The notes under the pieces were generated by a model. The model was not told where the DNA came from. It did no database searches and saw only the letters and a list, made by a program, of their open reading frames with translations. A DNA stretch of 63,451 nucleotides, filler included, from Craspedostauros australis (lineage: Eukaryota): assembly GCA_030167865.1 (NCBI GenBank). It is 12 parts of 12 records of this genome, joined end to end, with 100 filler letters (N's around TTAATTAATTAA, not from the genome) between each part and the next. Parts side by side here need not be neighbours in the genome. Positions count along the whole stretch, not along the records: positions 8,051 to 12,820 come from JALAGF010000213.1; positions 12,921 to 17,684 come from JALAGF010000214.1; positions 17,785 to 45,176 come from JALAGF010000215.1; 9 more parts are not named here. The stretch is one strand, 5' to 3'. Numbering within the stretch: the stretch's first letter is position 1; every line of letters begins with the position of its first letter. Below are positions 11,001-23,245 of the stretch, piece by piece. The translations under genes and the position numbers were made by a program.

Positions 11001-12820
11001 CCTGCTGGTACTCTTTCATGATGTAGGCTGGTAGGTTGGTGATTGATGGAGCGACCACAGGCGACGGTTTGCGCGTGGTCTTGCCCTGCAGTGATCCGAC
11101 ATCCGGCCCAAAGATGATCTCTGCGTTGCGGATATCTTTGGTGGTGACAGGACAGTTTGGGATCATGTTGTTCCGTACATACCGAATGTAGCTGCGTGTT
11201 GTCGGTCGACCGATACGCTGTTGCACAGAACGAGCTAGCTGAGCGCGAGAGTAGTCAATAGACGAGAATCTAGACTTGTTATCGGCTACGGTGTTGACGA
11301 GAGCGTTTCCGTGGATGGTTGCTGTGTCCAGATAGTAGAGTCCGTTGTTGGATTCACGGAAGACTTGGGTGGTTCCATCTGGTTTGTGTACGACGAACTG
11401 GTTGGTGTCGCTGCTGTCGTACGTGACGCGGAACATGGACTTCACCTTGCTCAGCGACAGGATGTTCGCCACTCCTTTGGGGTGATACCACACAAGGCCA
11501 TAGCCGGGCAGGGTGCCTTTCTGGTTGGTCACTGCTGTACCAGCGTTGCAGTGGATGGTTAGTGTGTTCTGGACAGTGTGAATGTCGCGAAGTAGGTGAT
11601 GGTTGGAGAACACGTCAACTGTAGATTGGTTGTCGAGAAGCACCCACCTGTTGGGGATGGGTGTGGATGTTTGGTTGAATGCGTGGTCGGTGGTTTGGTT
11701 GGTGTCCGTCTGTAGGAACACAAACTCGTTGCCGTCGTACTCGTAGTCGTCGTCGGCGTACGTGGTGGTGGTGGTGGCGTTCACGAGGACCGTTCCGTTC
11801 TCATGGAACTTTGCATAGCACTCCGCGGTGGCGTGGTTCGTCCTCCCACATCGCTCACACTTCTCTGCGTCAGCCTTGGCCTGCGAGTTGACGAACGCCA
11901 TGCCCATGTTGTGTGGCGTGCGAGACCCAGCCACGTTTCTTGGGTCATGCGACCAGTGGTTGAGGAGCATCAGCGCATTCGCCATGTCGGTGGGGTAGCT
12001 GTCGTTGCCGACAAGGAATTCGTTGTGAAGGTGCTCGAGCAGCCCTCCAAACCTGGTGACGTCGGCGCCAAGGACGAACGCCGTGGCCATGTACCTTCGG
12101 TGCAACTCGGTTTTGATCTCCTGGAGGCGCGCTGCGCCAACAGGTGAGATGTCTTCTGGAGTCATCAGCCATAGCATCACTCCGCGGTTTTCGGTGATCC
12201 CGGTTTGCAGTGTGTCGTTCACGTCGGCGATGGCTGTGAATGTTTCGTAGTAGTCCTGGACGCTTTGTCGTTTGCTTTGTCGGGTGTTGATGAACGCCTT
12301 CTGCATCTCATGCGTGGCGACGATGGGGTGCTTGTGAGTGTTGTAGCTGAACGTGATGTTCTTGATCAGCACGATGAGCTCAATCATGTTCATGTCTCTC
12401 TTGACCGTCGCATACTCGCTTTCCTCCTGTAGGCGGGCGCGCATTGCATCAGTGCATTGGCCCCACACAACGGAGTATAGCTTCTGCATGTCGTCTTCGA
12501 GCTTCTCCTTTCTGTCCTCAAACTTGCTGTACTGTTTCTTCCATTTCTCCCTTTGGATGGTGGATGCAGTGGGTGGGTAGTCAGCCGGTTCTGCGATGGT
12601 TGGCGTTTCGAGGGTCTCCACAGCGTGTGCCACTCTGGGTCCGTATGTGGTGCCAGCGAAGACGTGGATGGCGTCAATGGTTTGCTTGAAGTCTTCCGCT
12701 TGCTTGGTTCGGGAGGTCACACAGTCAAAGATCATTCCCTTGAGCTCGGGGCAGGCTCCCTCGAACTTGGGTGTCTTGACGAATGGGGAACGCCCCTTGT
12801 TGTTGTTGTTGTTGTTGTTG
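8051..12820 (-). mobile_element. Ty1/copia LTR retrotransposon gag-pol, copy A; uninterrupted frame, 5' end missing
   Basis: One ORF of about 1590 codons. Zinc knuckle CERCGRTNHATAEC, protease LLDNQSTV, integrase (SADIM, TDNQF, AIERYIRTIKER), acidic linker, RT (VDVPGAFLQ, KALYG, WHVDDL), RNase H (VDGSF, SSTEAE, QDNQS, DYFTKPLQG). The INT-RT-RH order is copia-type. Positions 8051-8068 are the LTR start. Confidence 0.96.
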
Positions 12821-12920
12821 NNNNNNNNNNNNNNNNNNNNNNNNNNNNNNNNNNNNNNNNNNNNTTAATTAATTAANNNNNNNNNNNNNNNNNNNNNNNN
12901 NNNNNNNNNNNNNNNNNNNN

Positions 12921-15900
12921 TGGGCATCTGCTCCAACACACTCCTTCGGTCCAAGCAGAGCTTGTTTGTATGTCTTACCTTTGCTGGGGCCGCTGATTGT
13001 TCGGTTGAGGATGATGTCGCGGAACTTGCGGAACTTCGTCCCTTGCAGCGGCTTGGTGAAGTAGTCTCCCACCATGTCATCCGTAGGACAGTATCGGACG
13101 GTGATTTCCCCCTTGTTGATTCGATCGCTGACGAAGAAGTACCGCATGTTTATGTGGCGCGTTTTCTTTCCGCTGGATCCACGCCCATTGTTTTCGAGCA
13201 GCATGGTGCTTTGGTTGTCTTGATGGATCACGGTGGCGTCTGGCTTGATCCCCTGCTCCTGTAGGAAGTACCGAGTCCATAGCACCTGTGGCATCACGTC
13301 ATCCACAGCCACCAGCTCTGCCTCCGTTGAGCTTTTTGTGTTGAGTTTTTGTTTTGAGGAGACACCATATATGGTACCCCCGTCGGCAGACATGAACGCC
13401 CCAGTGTGACTCCGCATGTCTCCGTGTACGCCGAACGAACCATCCACCCACCATTGGACATTCTGGAGTGATGAACCACCGAGTGTGAGTGTCATGTCTC
13501 GCGTTGCCCGTAGGTATTTGATGGCCCGACCGAGCTTTTTGTAGTCATCTGTGTCGGGGGATTTCACACGCGTGCACAGGAATGCTACCGCTGTCTGCAG
13601 GTCCGGTCTGGCTCGCTTGCACAGGAATAACAGCTTCGCGACCACATGGTGGTACATGTCGGCAGTATCCTGGTTCAGTTTGGTTGGATTGTCTTCGTTC
13701 ACGGTGAAGAGGTGGTCCGCGGCGGGTGAGGTTGCCTTTCCGTGCATATCTGCAGGCACTCCTTCGAGGATGCCATCGATATAGTCACCCATGTCGATCT
13801 TCACTTTGTTGGGAGTGCTGTAATCCAATTGCATCCCAAGGTAATCGTGTACTTTCCCTCTGTTGATTGTCAGTGGACTGTGCTGCCCGTATGCGTGGTT
13901 GAGCATGCTGATGACGGAGTCGACGGCTGAGCTGTCTTTGTGGGATATTTTGAGGTCATCCACATGCCATACAACCGTGCACTGGTCCCCATTGATGTCC
14001 TTGTTCGCCACACACCAGTCATATGGATTGATCACAAACCCGTCGTTGACCAACGTGGTCGTGAGATCCTTCCACCATTGGAGGGCGGCCTTGAGTGTCC
14101 CATACAATGCCTTGGTGAGTTGCACGTAGATTGATGATTGTCCTTTCTTCTTTCGCACATATTCATCGTACACATCAGGTGCAATCTTCGCAAGGAGCTC
14201 TGCCATTCGTCCCTCGATCAGGACATGCACGACTTCTCCTTCGTCGAAAGTGGTTTGCAGGAAGGCACCTGGCACATCCACTGTGGCCACATCACGGTTT
14301 TCGTGTGCGTCAATTGTGCATGTGAGCATGAGCCCGAGGAGGGAGACAGTCGGTGAACTCGTCTCTTCCTTCGTCATGTAGAGGCGTTGCTTCCGTCCGT
14401 CTGCGCACCCACGTCCTTTGATAAGTCCAGTGCGCTTCTCCTTCAGATACATCAGGTACCGGAGCGATTGCGTTCTTTCCTCCTTTGACAGTTGGTGCCA
14501 GTGCTTCGGTTCGAAGCCTTCCATGTCGTGCACTTGCTTCAGCTCTTTGCTGATTGCGTGCTCGCCCCGCTCGCGGAACAATTTCAGTCCCTGCTTCCAG
14601 TTCATCTGTTCAGTCAGAAACACACAGGCGTGATTGGTGTCATGCGATTCGTTGCTATTTTCGGTAGAGAGCTCAGTCATGGTGACGTGAGCCTCGTCTC
14701 TACCTACATGATGCAGCCGGTGATAGTCGACTCTCGGCTTGCGTCGTGGTCTGCCTGTTGGTGGCTCCACTGAATCCGCATCCTCATCCGACGGTGCATC
14801 GTGTTGTTCCTCTTCCGTCATAACTTCGAGGATCGGTTCGAGGACATTGCCTTCGTTGACATCACTGTCTTCGTCTGATGGGTGCGTGCTGTCGTCATCA
14901 TCATCCGATTCGTTGCTTTCAACTGCATCGGTGTCATGACTGTCGTCGTCGTCATCGGTGTCATCATCATCGGTATTGTCGTCGTCGTCAGAGTCATCAT
15001 CGGGATCATCGTCGGAATCATCCGCGTCCAGCGATTCCTCGCTTGCTTCGGACTCGTCGTCTGGGTCATAGTCGTCGTCGTTTGCATCGTCGTCTCCGGG
15101 GTCGGCGGTGATGGATACAATATCGTGGCCGTCTCTGTCTGTGAATACGATCTCCTTGTTGCCTCTGGCGTGTTTGGCCATTGCGTGCACTTGATCGATG
15201 ACATCCTCTGGCATGGGTAACGGGGTCCAGCTTCGACGGTGCAGTCTGCGCCCTGTGGAAAGGCTGAAGAATAGGTATCCGCCTTGATCATTCCCTGACG
15301 GTCGAAGTGCCAATGCGCCCACTGTCCTGGGCAGCATCGAATTGTCATGTTGTTCGTGCGTTTGCACATAGGAGCCAAACTCGATCTTGCAGTGACTTGC
15401 AAAGTTCAGTTTCCGTCCCACCACGATCTCGGACGGGCTCATGCGCTTCGATATGCCATCTTGGTGTGGGAACATGTTGTTCCAGTACACGGAGTGGTAT
15501 ACCATTTCGACGACGAGCGCTGGAGGGTAGTGCTTGAACGGCATTGCATGATACGTGCTGCGCGTTCTCTCTTTGATCGTTCGGATGTATCGTTCGATCG
15601 CCGGCACGTGTTCATCTCTGGAGGTGACGTTGATTGCGACTCCTGATGCTGCGAGGTTTCCCCTGATGGATGCAAACTGATTGTCCGTCAGTATCATGTC
15701 CACCTTGAATCCACGCTGTTTGTACAGTTTCACAACTTCACGGAATTGTTGTGTGATCACTTTGTCTGACTCGCTGTTGAGTTTCGTCACTGTCCCAAAC
15801 TTGATGTGTTGAGAGATGGTGACGAGGAATGGAATTCGGTTCACCTTCATGATGTCAGCTGATAGGGTCACCTGCTGGTACTCTTTCATGATGTAGGCTG

Positions 15901-17684
15901 GTAGGTTGGTGATTGATGGAGCGACCACAGGCGACGGTTTGCGCGTGGTCTTGCCCTGCAGTGATCCGACATCCGGCCCAAAGATGATCTCTGCGTTGCG
16001 GATATCTTTGGTGGTGACAGGACAGTTTGGGATCATGTTGTTCCGTACATACCGAATGTAGCTGCGTGTTGTCGGTCGACCAATACGCTGTTGCACAGAA
16101 CGAGCTAGCTGAGCGCGAGAGTAGTCAATAGACGAGAATCTAGACTTGTTATCGGCTACGGTATTGACGAGAGCGTTTCCGTGGATGGTTGAGGTGTCCA
16201 GATAGTAGAGGCCGTTGTTGGATTCACGGAAGATCTGGGTGGTTCCGTCTGGTTTGTGTACGACGAACTGGTTGGTGTCGCTGCTGTCGTACGTGACACG
16301 GAACATGGACTTCACCTTGCTCAGCGACAGGATGTTCGCCACTCCTTTGGGGTGATACCACACGAGGCCATAGCCGGGCAGGGTGCCTTTTTGGTTGGTC
16401 ACTGCTGTACCTGCGTTGCAGTGGATGGTCAGTGTGTTCTGGACAGTGTGAATGTCGCGAAGTAGGTGATGGTTGGAGAACACGTCGACTGTAGATTGGT
16501 TGTCGAGAAGCACCCACCTGTTGGGGATGGGTGTGGATGTTTGGTTGAATGCGTGGTCGGTGGTTTGGTTGGTGTCCGTCTGTAGGAACACAAACTCGTT
16601 GCCGTCGTACTCGTAGTCGTCGTCGGCGTACGTGGTGGTGGCGTTCACGAGGACCGTTCCGTTCTCATGGAACTTTGCATAGCACTCCGCGGTGGCGTGG
16701 TTTGTCCTCCCACATCGCTCACACTTCTCTGCATCAGCCTTGGCCTGCGAGTTGACGAACGCCATGCCCATGTTGTGTGGCGTGCGGGATCCAGCCACGT
16801 TTCTTGGGTCATGCGACCAGTGGTTGAGGAGCATCAGCGCATTCGCCATGTCGGTGGGGTAGCTGTCTTTGCCGACGAGGAATTCGTTGTGAAGGTGCTC
16901 AAGCAGCCCTCCAAACCTGGTGACGTCGGCGCCAAGGACGAATGCCGTGGCCATGTACCTTCGGTGCGACTCGGTTTTGATCTCCTGGAGGCGGGCTGCG
17001 CCAACAGGTGAGATGTCTTCTGGAGTCATCAGCCATAGCATCACTCCGCGGTTTTCGGTGATCCCGGTCTGCAGTGTGTCATTCACGTCGGCGATGGCTG
17101 TGAATGTTTCGTAGTAGTCCTGGACGCTTTGTCGTTTGCTTTGTCGGGTGTTGATGAACGCCTTCTGCATCTCATGCGTGGCGACGATGGGGTGCTTGTG
17201 AGTGTTGTAGCTGAACGTGATGTTCTTGATCAGCACGATGAGCTCAATCATGTTCATGTCTCTCTTGACCGTCGCATACTCGCTTTCCTCCTGTAGGCGG
17301 GCGCGCATTGCATCAGTGCATTGGCCCCACACAACGGAGTATAGCTTCTGCATGTCGTCTTCGAGCTTCTCCTTTCTGTCCTCAAACTTGCTGTACTGTT
17401 TCTTCCATTTCTCCCTTTGGATGGTGGATGCAGTGGGTGGGTAGTCAGCCGGTTCTGCGATGGTTGGCGTTTCGAGGGTCTCCACAGCGTGTGCCACTCT
17501 GGGTCCGTATGTGGTGCCAGCGAAGACGTGGATGGCGTCAATGGTTTGCTTGAAGTCTTCCGCTTGCTTGGTTCGGGAGGTCACACAGTCAAAGATCATT
17601 CCCTTGAGCTCGGGGCAGGCTCCCTCGAACTTGGGTGTCTTGACGAATGGGGAACGCCCCTTGTTGTTGTTGTTGTTGTTGTTG
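12921..17684 (-). mobile_element. Ty1/copia gag-pol, copy B; near-identical to copy A
   Basis: Colinear with 8051-12820 at an offset of 4870, with the same domains and the same contig end points. It differs by SNPs and a 6-nt indel (NATTTTTY vs NATTTY). Confidence 0.96.
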
Positions 17685-17784
17685 NNNNNNNNNNNNNNNN
17701 NNNNNNNNNNNNNNNNNNNNNNNNNNNNTTAATTAATTAANNNNNNNNNNNNNNNNNNNNNNNNNNNNNNNNNNNNNNNNNNNN

Positions 17785-18339
17785 GACGTGATGCCACAGG
17801 TGCTATGGACTCGGTACTTCCTACAGGAGCAGGGGATCAAGCCAGACGCCACCGTGATCCATCAAGACAACCAAAGCACCATGCTGCTCGAAAACAATGG
17901 GCGTGGATCCAGCGGAAAGAAAACGCGCCACATAAACATGCGGTACTTCTTCGTCAGCGATCGAATCAACAAGGGGGAAATCACCGTCCGATACTGTCCT
18001 ACGGATGACATGGTGGGAGACTACTTCACCAAGCCGCTGCAAGGGACGAAGTTCCGCAAGTTCCGCGACATCATCCTCAACCGAACAATCAGCGGCCCCA
18101 GCAAAGGTAAGACATACAAACAAGCTCTGCTTGGACCGAAGGAGTGTGTTGGAGCAGATGCCCAAATTGTGCTGACAGATGGCGCGAAACCAAAGAAACC
18201 AGGGAATGCCAATGACGTCATTCGTCGGTGCGAATCAACGGCTGGCAGCCACCACCAACATCAAGCAAGCAAACACAAGAAAGACAACAACAAGCCGGAC
18301 ATCGGCAACAAGCTGGCGACCGGCAACAAGCAGCCATAA
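17785..18339 (+). CDS. C-terminus (RNase H and tail) of the same copia pol; the ORF reads into the LTR
   Basis: 17785-18164 is the reverse complement of 8051-8430 and 12921-13300. The ORF continues to TAA at 18337-18339. Confidence 0.93.
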   Translation, partial: DVMPQVLWTRYFLQEQGIKPDATVIHQDNQSTMLLENNGRGSSGKKTRHINMRYFFVSDRINKGEITVRYCPTDDMVGDYFTKPLQGTKFRKFRDIILNRTISGPSKGKTYKQALLGPKECVGADAQIVLTDGAKPKKPGNANDVIRRCESTAGSHHQHQASKHKKDNNKPDIGNKLATGNKQP

Positions 18340-18391
18340 ATCCAGTTTAAAATATCTGATTACACCACAACAACAATCTCATTGCTCCACA
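18147..18391 (+). mobile_element. 3' LTR of the copia element (about 245 bp)
   Basis: PPT-like AAGGAGTG (18139-18146) is followed by TGTTGGAGCA. The putative end TGCTCCACA (18383-18391) is an imperfect inverted match to the start, giving TG...CA termini. The end is inferred because no second LTR is available to compare. Confidence 0.7.
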
Positions 18392-18825
18392 TCTGGCCTG
18401 CCCTTCGGTTCATTGCCGGGTAGAGGCCGGTGCAGGAGCCATTGCTTCAACAGTCGTTACCATCTTCACACCACTGTCGCCCTTGTGACCATCGTCCCAT
18501 CCAAGGAAGCAACGCTTTCTCCACATGCAACGCGGAATCTCGCTGGTGGCTCACCAAGATTCTCTCTTCCATTTCTCCTCCTTCCACTTCGTTCCTCACC
18601 TCATTCCTCCCTTGTTTGATTTTCCTCCTTCCCGTGATCACCACCTTGCAGCACTTGGCAACGGCAACACTCCACTGGACCCAACCACTGCACTGAACCA
18701 CTGCACTTAACCAATCAACTCAGTGTATTCCCTCAAAGACAAGCTCTACCACAAGAGCAAGAAAGAGTTGAGCAACAGAGAAACCAAAGCAGAAGGAAGC
18801 AGAACGAAAGAAAGATAATTGCAAC

Positions 18826-21395
18826 ATGAGGCATTCCGCCGCAACTGCCGCTCTCACGGCGCTGGTCGTGTCTCTCCACGCGACACCTTGCGAATCCTTT
18901 CTCGCGTCGGATTCAGTTCTCGCGCCAACCGTGCGAACCAAGAATCAAGAAAGAAGCGGTTCAACCAAGAAAGCATCTTGGCGCGCATTTGCCCTCACCC
19001 ATGTCTCCAACCTCCATACGAATGCAAATGAGAAAGTCGCACGTGGTGAATCCTCAGTCGTTGCAATCTCAGCTTCCAGCAGCGACAATGGCAACGACGA
19101 TGGCAACAGCAATGGCCTCGCCAAGGCCGTGGTGCACGCGCTGAGCCTGAGAGGCGGTGGCTTCAACTCGGCCTCCCGGCGACCCGGTCAGCATCCGCAG
19201 TCTCCATCCACGGCGGCCACACCCAAGGCGACGACCGCTTCTCCTTCGCCATCCTCCCTCAACCTCCTGAAGCAGGCAGATCGCGACGACGTCAGCCAAG
19301 CATCGAAGGCGGCAGACGCAGGCGTCTCCATCGGATCTGCCAAGGCCAGGCTCGGCAGCAGCGTTCCCGCCAATCCATCGGCGCCTCATCATTCTCCCAT
19401 GCTCTTCTACTCCGCATCCGCCCAGCAGCATGCCAGCCAGTACCTCGCGGTCACCGGCGTCCCGCACGGCAGCGAAGTCCACTCGCGACCCAAGACGCAG
19501 CTCTACAGCTCCGTTCTGTCGCCGCAGGCACCCACGGCATCGCCCTTGCGAGTGCCGTTCCCCATCTCCAATCCAAGGAAGAGATGGTCGCACGCGTCCA
19601 AGCCCAAGCATCACCGCGTTCCCGTTCCGCCTCTGCAGCCGGTGGATGCGCAATCGGATCAGCAGAAGCATCGACAGAAACAGGCGCAGGCGGAAACCAA
19701 GGATGCGGGCAAGGCATCCTCCAGACTCTCGGTCTTTGACGTCTCCGTCTTTCTCAGCTACTTCTGCAACGTCCTGGTGGTCAGCCTCCCGGTTGTGGTG
19801 GTTCCGGCCGCCGCTGTCGAATTCATGTCCACCGCCTCCGCTGCAAGCCGCGCGACCTTCGTTGCCACGGCTGCGGCTGCATCACCGTTGGGCGGATTCA
19901 TCGGCAAGATCGTCAATGGCTTCGTCTGCCAGTCCCTCGGTGGACACCGATCCTCCTGGATGTACATGTCTGTCCTCTCGGTGCTGGCGTTCGCCATGTC
20001 CCTCGCTCCCACCATCGGATGGATCGCGCCGCTCGTGCTGTGCTACGAGTTCCTATCCAGCATCCAGTGGATCGCCATCTGCCAGGTCATCGGCAACAAG
20101 CACGGCAACGATGCCGCCCTCATATCCAAGGGCATCGCCTCCCTGGGCATGGCCAGCGTCACGGGAGCGTTGGTGTCCAAGATATTCGGTGCCGCCATCC
20201 TGCGCGCTTCCAACTGGAGGCTGCTGTGCCGCTTCGGTTCCGGTGTGGCCGCCGTTGGTGCCCTCGCCATGTTTGTGGGCTGTCGCACGCATCCAACGTC
20301 ACCACAAAGCAAGCCCGTTGCGACGGCACCACCCAAGAAGGGCAACGCATTGGCTTCCTTGCGATCCATCCTGGGTCATCCGCTCTTCTGGCAGCTGGGC
20401 ATCGCGCATTCGGTGGGATACCTCATCCGCGGCAGCGACCGGTTGCTTGCACCCTTCTTGGAGCATGCCACGGCTTTGCCAGGTACGTTCTCATTTGTCA
20501 AGCAATTCATGAGCATGGAGAGAGCCGCGATTGTGCATTCGTGTGTTCATGTGTTTTTGCGAAGTAGAGCAGAGTCCTCCACTTGTATCTTGCGCTTGGA
20601 CGGATCAGAACGAATGCATACGAGCATATGCATGCGTGTACGTACGCTTTTGTGTACGTGTACTATTTCAACCTGCCAAACAGTATCCTCACCTTTTCAA
20701 CACATCTATTCATCCTCATTCCCACCATTCTACTCGTACATACCCATACATACTCCAAACACTTTCCAACTCTCATGCATCACTCACCATTTAATCATTC
20801 AATCACAGGCGACATCTGTGCAACGCTGACATCGTCCGTCACGGCTGGAATGTTCTTCGGTCTCATCCAAGGCCAGAAGTTCTCCAACATGGACAACGTC
20901 AGGGCCAAGCTACGCATGCTCAAGCAGGAGTACTTCAAGGGCGCCGTCAGCGTGGCTGGCCTGGCGCTTTGCTGCGGACTCAACACCATCGGGCTCGGTG
21001 CTGGCGCTGGCGGTCGCATGCTCCTGGCAGCGATCATCGCACTCCTCTCCGGTGTGGCCGCTTCCGCCATCTCCTTCCAATTTTACCAATTCCCCAACCT
21101 CACAGCGTCGACCCTCTTCCCGGCCAACAGCCCCATCGCCTTGTCCCTCTTCGATGCCGTGGCCTACCTCGGAACGGCGCAGATCCTGTCGGCCAACAGC
21201 CACATCCTCGGCAACTTCGGTTGGTCAGCGTCCTGGACCTTCCTCGCGGCCGTCTTTGCTGCCGGCGGTAGCCTCATGGTGCGTTCCATCGTACCGGTTT
21301 TAAAGAAGTCTCTGTCCGACGGCGTGGATGCCAATTTGGACGACCGGATCAACGATGAGACCATGGCACCTGTCGCGGCGGCGGCGGCGCTGTGA
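18826..21395 (+). CDS. MFS-type transporter with a long N-terminal extension and probable plastid presequence; exons 18826-20482 and 20809-21395 (about 747 aa)
   Basis: The intron 20483-20808 (GTACGT...CACAG, phase 1) joins ...ATALP-G-DICATL. There are many TM helices, with MFS-like motifs GKIVNGFVCQSLGG, NWR and GWSASW. The signal peptide ends ...PCES-FLA. Confidence 0.85.
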
Positions 21396-22537
21396 GGAGC
21401 CAAGTCGCGTGGAACAGCCACAACGTTGCACGATACAATCTCGTTCTTCCCATCAGCAATGTCCGTGACCATGCGACCGACGCTCTCCAATGTACCAATA
21501 CCAGCATGTAGCATACCATGCACCCTGCACGAATCACCCAAAGACGGGCATGCGAACAGTAATATTTGTGTAAGTAGAATAGCAATCAACGTGTACGAGC
21601 AAGTTAACAATCAACAGCAATTCTCCGTTTCTCTTTGAGCTGGCTGTTTGCGCTCCACAAGGACACAACGTCTCTTCATCAGTGCAAGAGTATCGACCTG
21701 TCCAAGAAGCGTTGATCCCCACATGATACACATTCGTCCGTTGGTCCTCACCCCTCCAAAACATTGCATTACCCATGCTCCACTGCTCTCTCTTGTGATC
21801 GTGCAGATTGCTCAACAGCGTGGCAATTCAACAGCAAGTGCACTCGTACTATTACGGTATACTCCGAGCTACGTTGGGATATCCTCTGCAGGCTATACGC
21901 GGCACGCCAGTCTTTCGCTTCGCACGCACATACGAGTAGATCGCACGACTACTTGTACCCAGAACCATCAAAAGTGGAGTATCGTCGTCGTCAACACCGT
22001 TGTTGCTATCGTCGTCGTCGTAATCCTTTGGCATGGATGGACGTGCACAACACGATGTTGATGTTGCATGCGAGTGCAAGTATCCTGCTGGAAACAGAAA
22101 CATCGCCATCAACAACGACGACGACGACGACGAAAATCATTCTGTAGTAACGACCTGCCTCAATGCATCGATTGGAAGCACTACACGACTCAAGCTGGCC
22201 GTTGCACCCTCTCGACACTACTGCTTGGCCTCGTCAACCATGCCAGTATTGTCGCCGTCTCATCGGAGTGCATCGGCGCTGCCAAAGACGACCGCAACGA
22301 TGCTGGTACCTGCGATTTCCAGAACATTCATGATGATGCATCATGCGCACATTGAATATCTACAGTATCAAGGGGAGCAGAGGACTCGTCATTCTAGTTG
22401 AGCAATCAATCATATTTCTAATGGAATGGCATGAGTGATTATCTCTACTTTTCCATGCCAGTCACGACACCAAGGTTCGATACTTCCTGACTGCAACTAC
22501 GAGTATGATCCGCGCCTGTCCATTCTGGATCCGTTTC

Positions 22538-23245
22538 CTAAGCTTCGAACTTCTCCCATTCGGAATCATCAGTACCATTGTCGTCGCTGGTGTGATCGTC
22601 ATCCATGTTGGTGGCACGATCAACAACATCCTCCTCATCTGCTTCTTCTTTGTTCACATCTTCGTTCACATCTTCCACTTCGACCTTGGTTGTGTCGGTG
22701 TGTGCCGCCAAATGTAGCTGTCCCGCTTGCGTCTCTCTTGCCGTTTCGGCTTCGGCGACAGCCAAGCCATCACCTGTGACGCTGCTCGGAGTACTGCTGG
22801 AGGCACCATCGCGAATGGGGATGACACGACGACCGCCATCTTTGCCCGGATGCTTCTTTGGCAGCGTGATGGTCAACAGCCCATCCAACAGCTCGGCGTC
22901 CACCTTCTCCATGTCCAATCGAGAATCACGCAGGCGGAATCTCTTCTCGAATGATGCAGAGTACACACGGTTGTCTCGCTTTCCTTTGATCTCCAGCACC
23001 ATCGCATCCACATGGTCATCCGGCTTCAATGAGATGTCGATGTTGTTCAAATGGTATCCAGGAACATCAAGAGCGATGACGAAGTTGCCATCGCTGTCAC
23101 TGCCACTACCGCCATCGGTGATCTTGATGGAAGGGACATCGATCTTGGATGTGCATGGGGAGGAGCATGGTTGAGCTCCCTTCATGCAAGGCGAGTGTGG
23201 ACGGAGGAAGGGATGGGATGGGTGTTGGTGCATCACGAAAATCAT
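22538..23245 (-). CDS. Small heat-shock protein (HSP20/alpha-crystallin) with an acidic C-terminal tail, about 235 aa
   Basis: FVIALDVPG...VLEIKGKR...FEKRFRL..MEKVDAELLDGLLTITLPKK is the alpha-crystallin signature. The start is set at ATG 23245 because the upstream in-frame sequence is CA-rich and UTR-like. Confidence 0.9.
   Translation of the reverse strand: MIFVMHQHPSHPFLRPHSPCMKGAQPCSSPCTSKIDVPSIKITDGGSGSDSDGNFVIALDVPGYHLNNIDISLKPDDHVDAMVLEIKGKRDNRVYSASFEKRFRLRDSRLDMEKVDAELLDGLLTITLPKKHPGKDGGRRVIPIRDGASSSTPSSVTGDGLAVAEAETARETQAGQLHLAAHTDTTKVEVEDVNEDVNKEEADEEDVVDRATNMDDDHTSDDNGTDDSEWEKFEA

Noticed and set aside
8051..18339. Tandem or inverted array of three copia elements
   Set aside because: The three pieces are separate contigs, so their adjacency and orientation come from concatenation.
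20483..20829. C-terminal 115 aa of the 667-aa track ORF and N-terminus of the 270-aa ORF as protein
   Set aside because: This is intron sequence (20483-20808). Splicing gives one continuous MFS protein.
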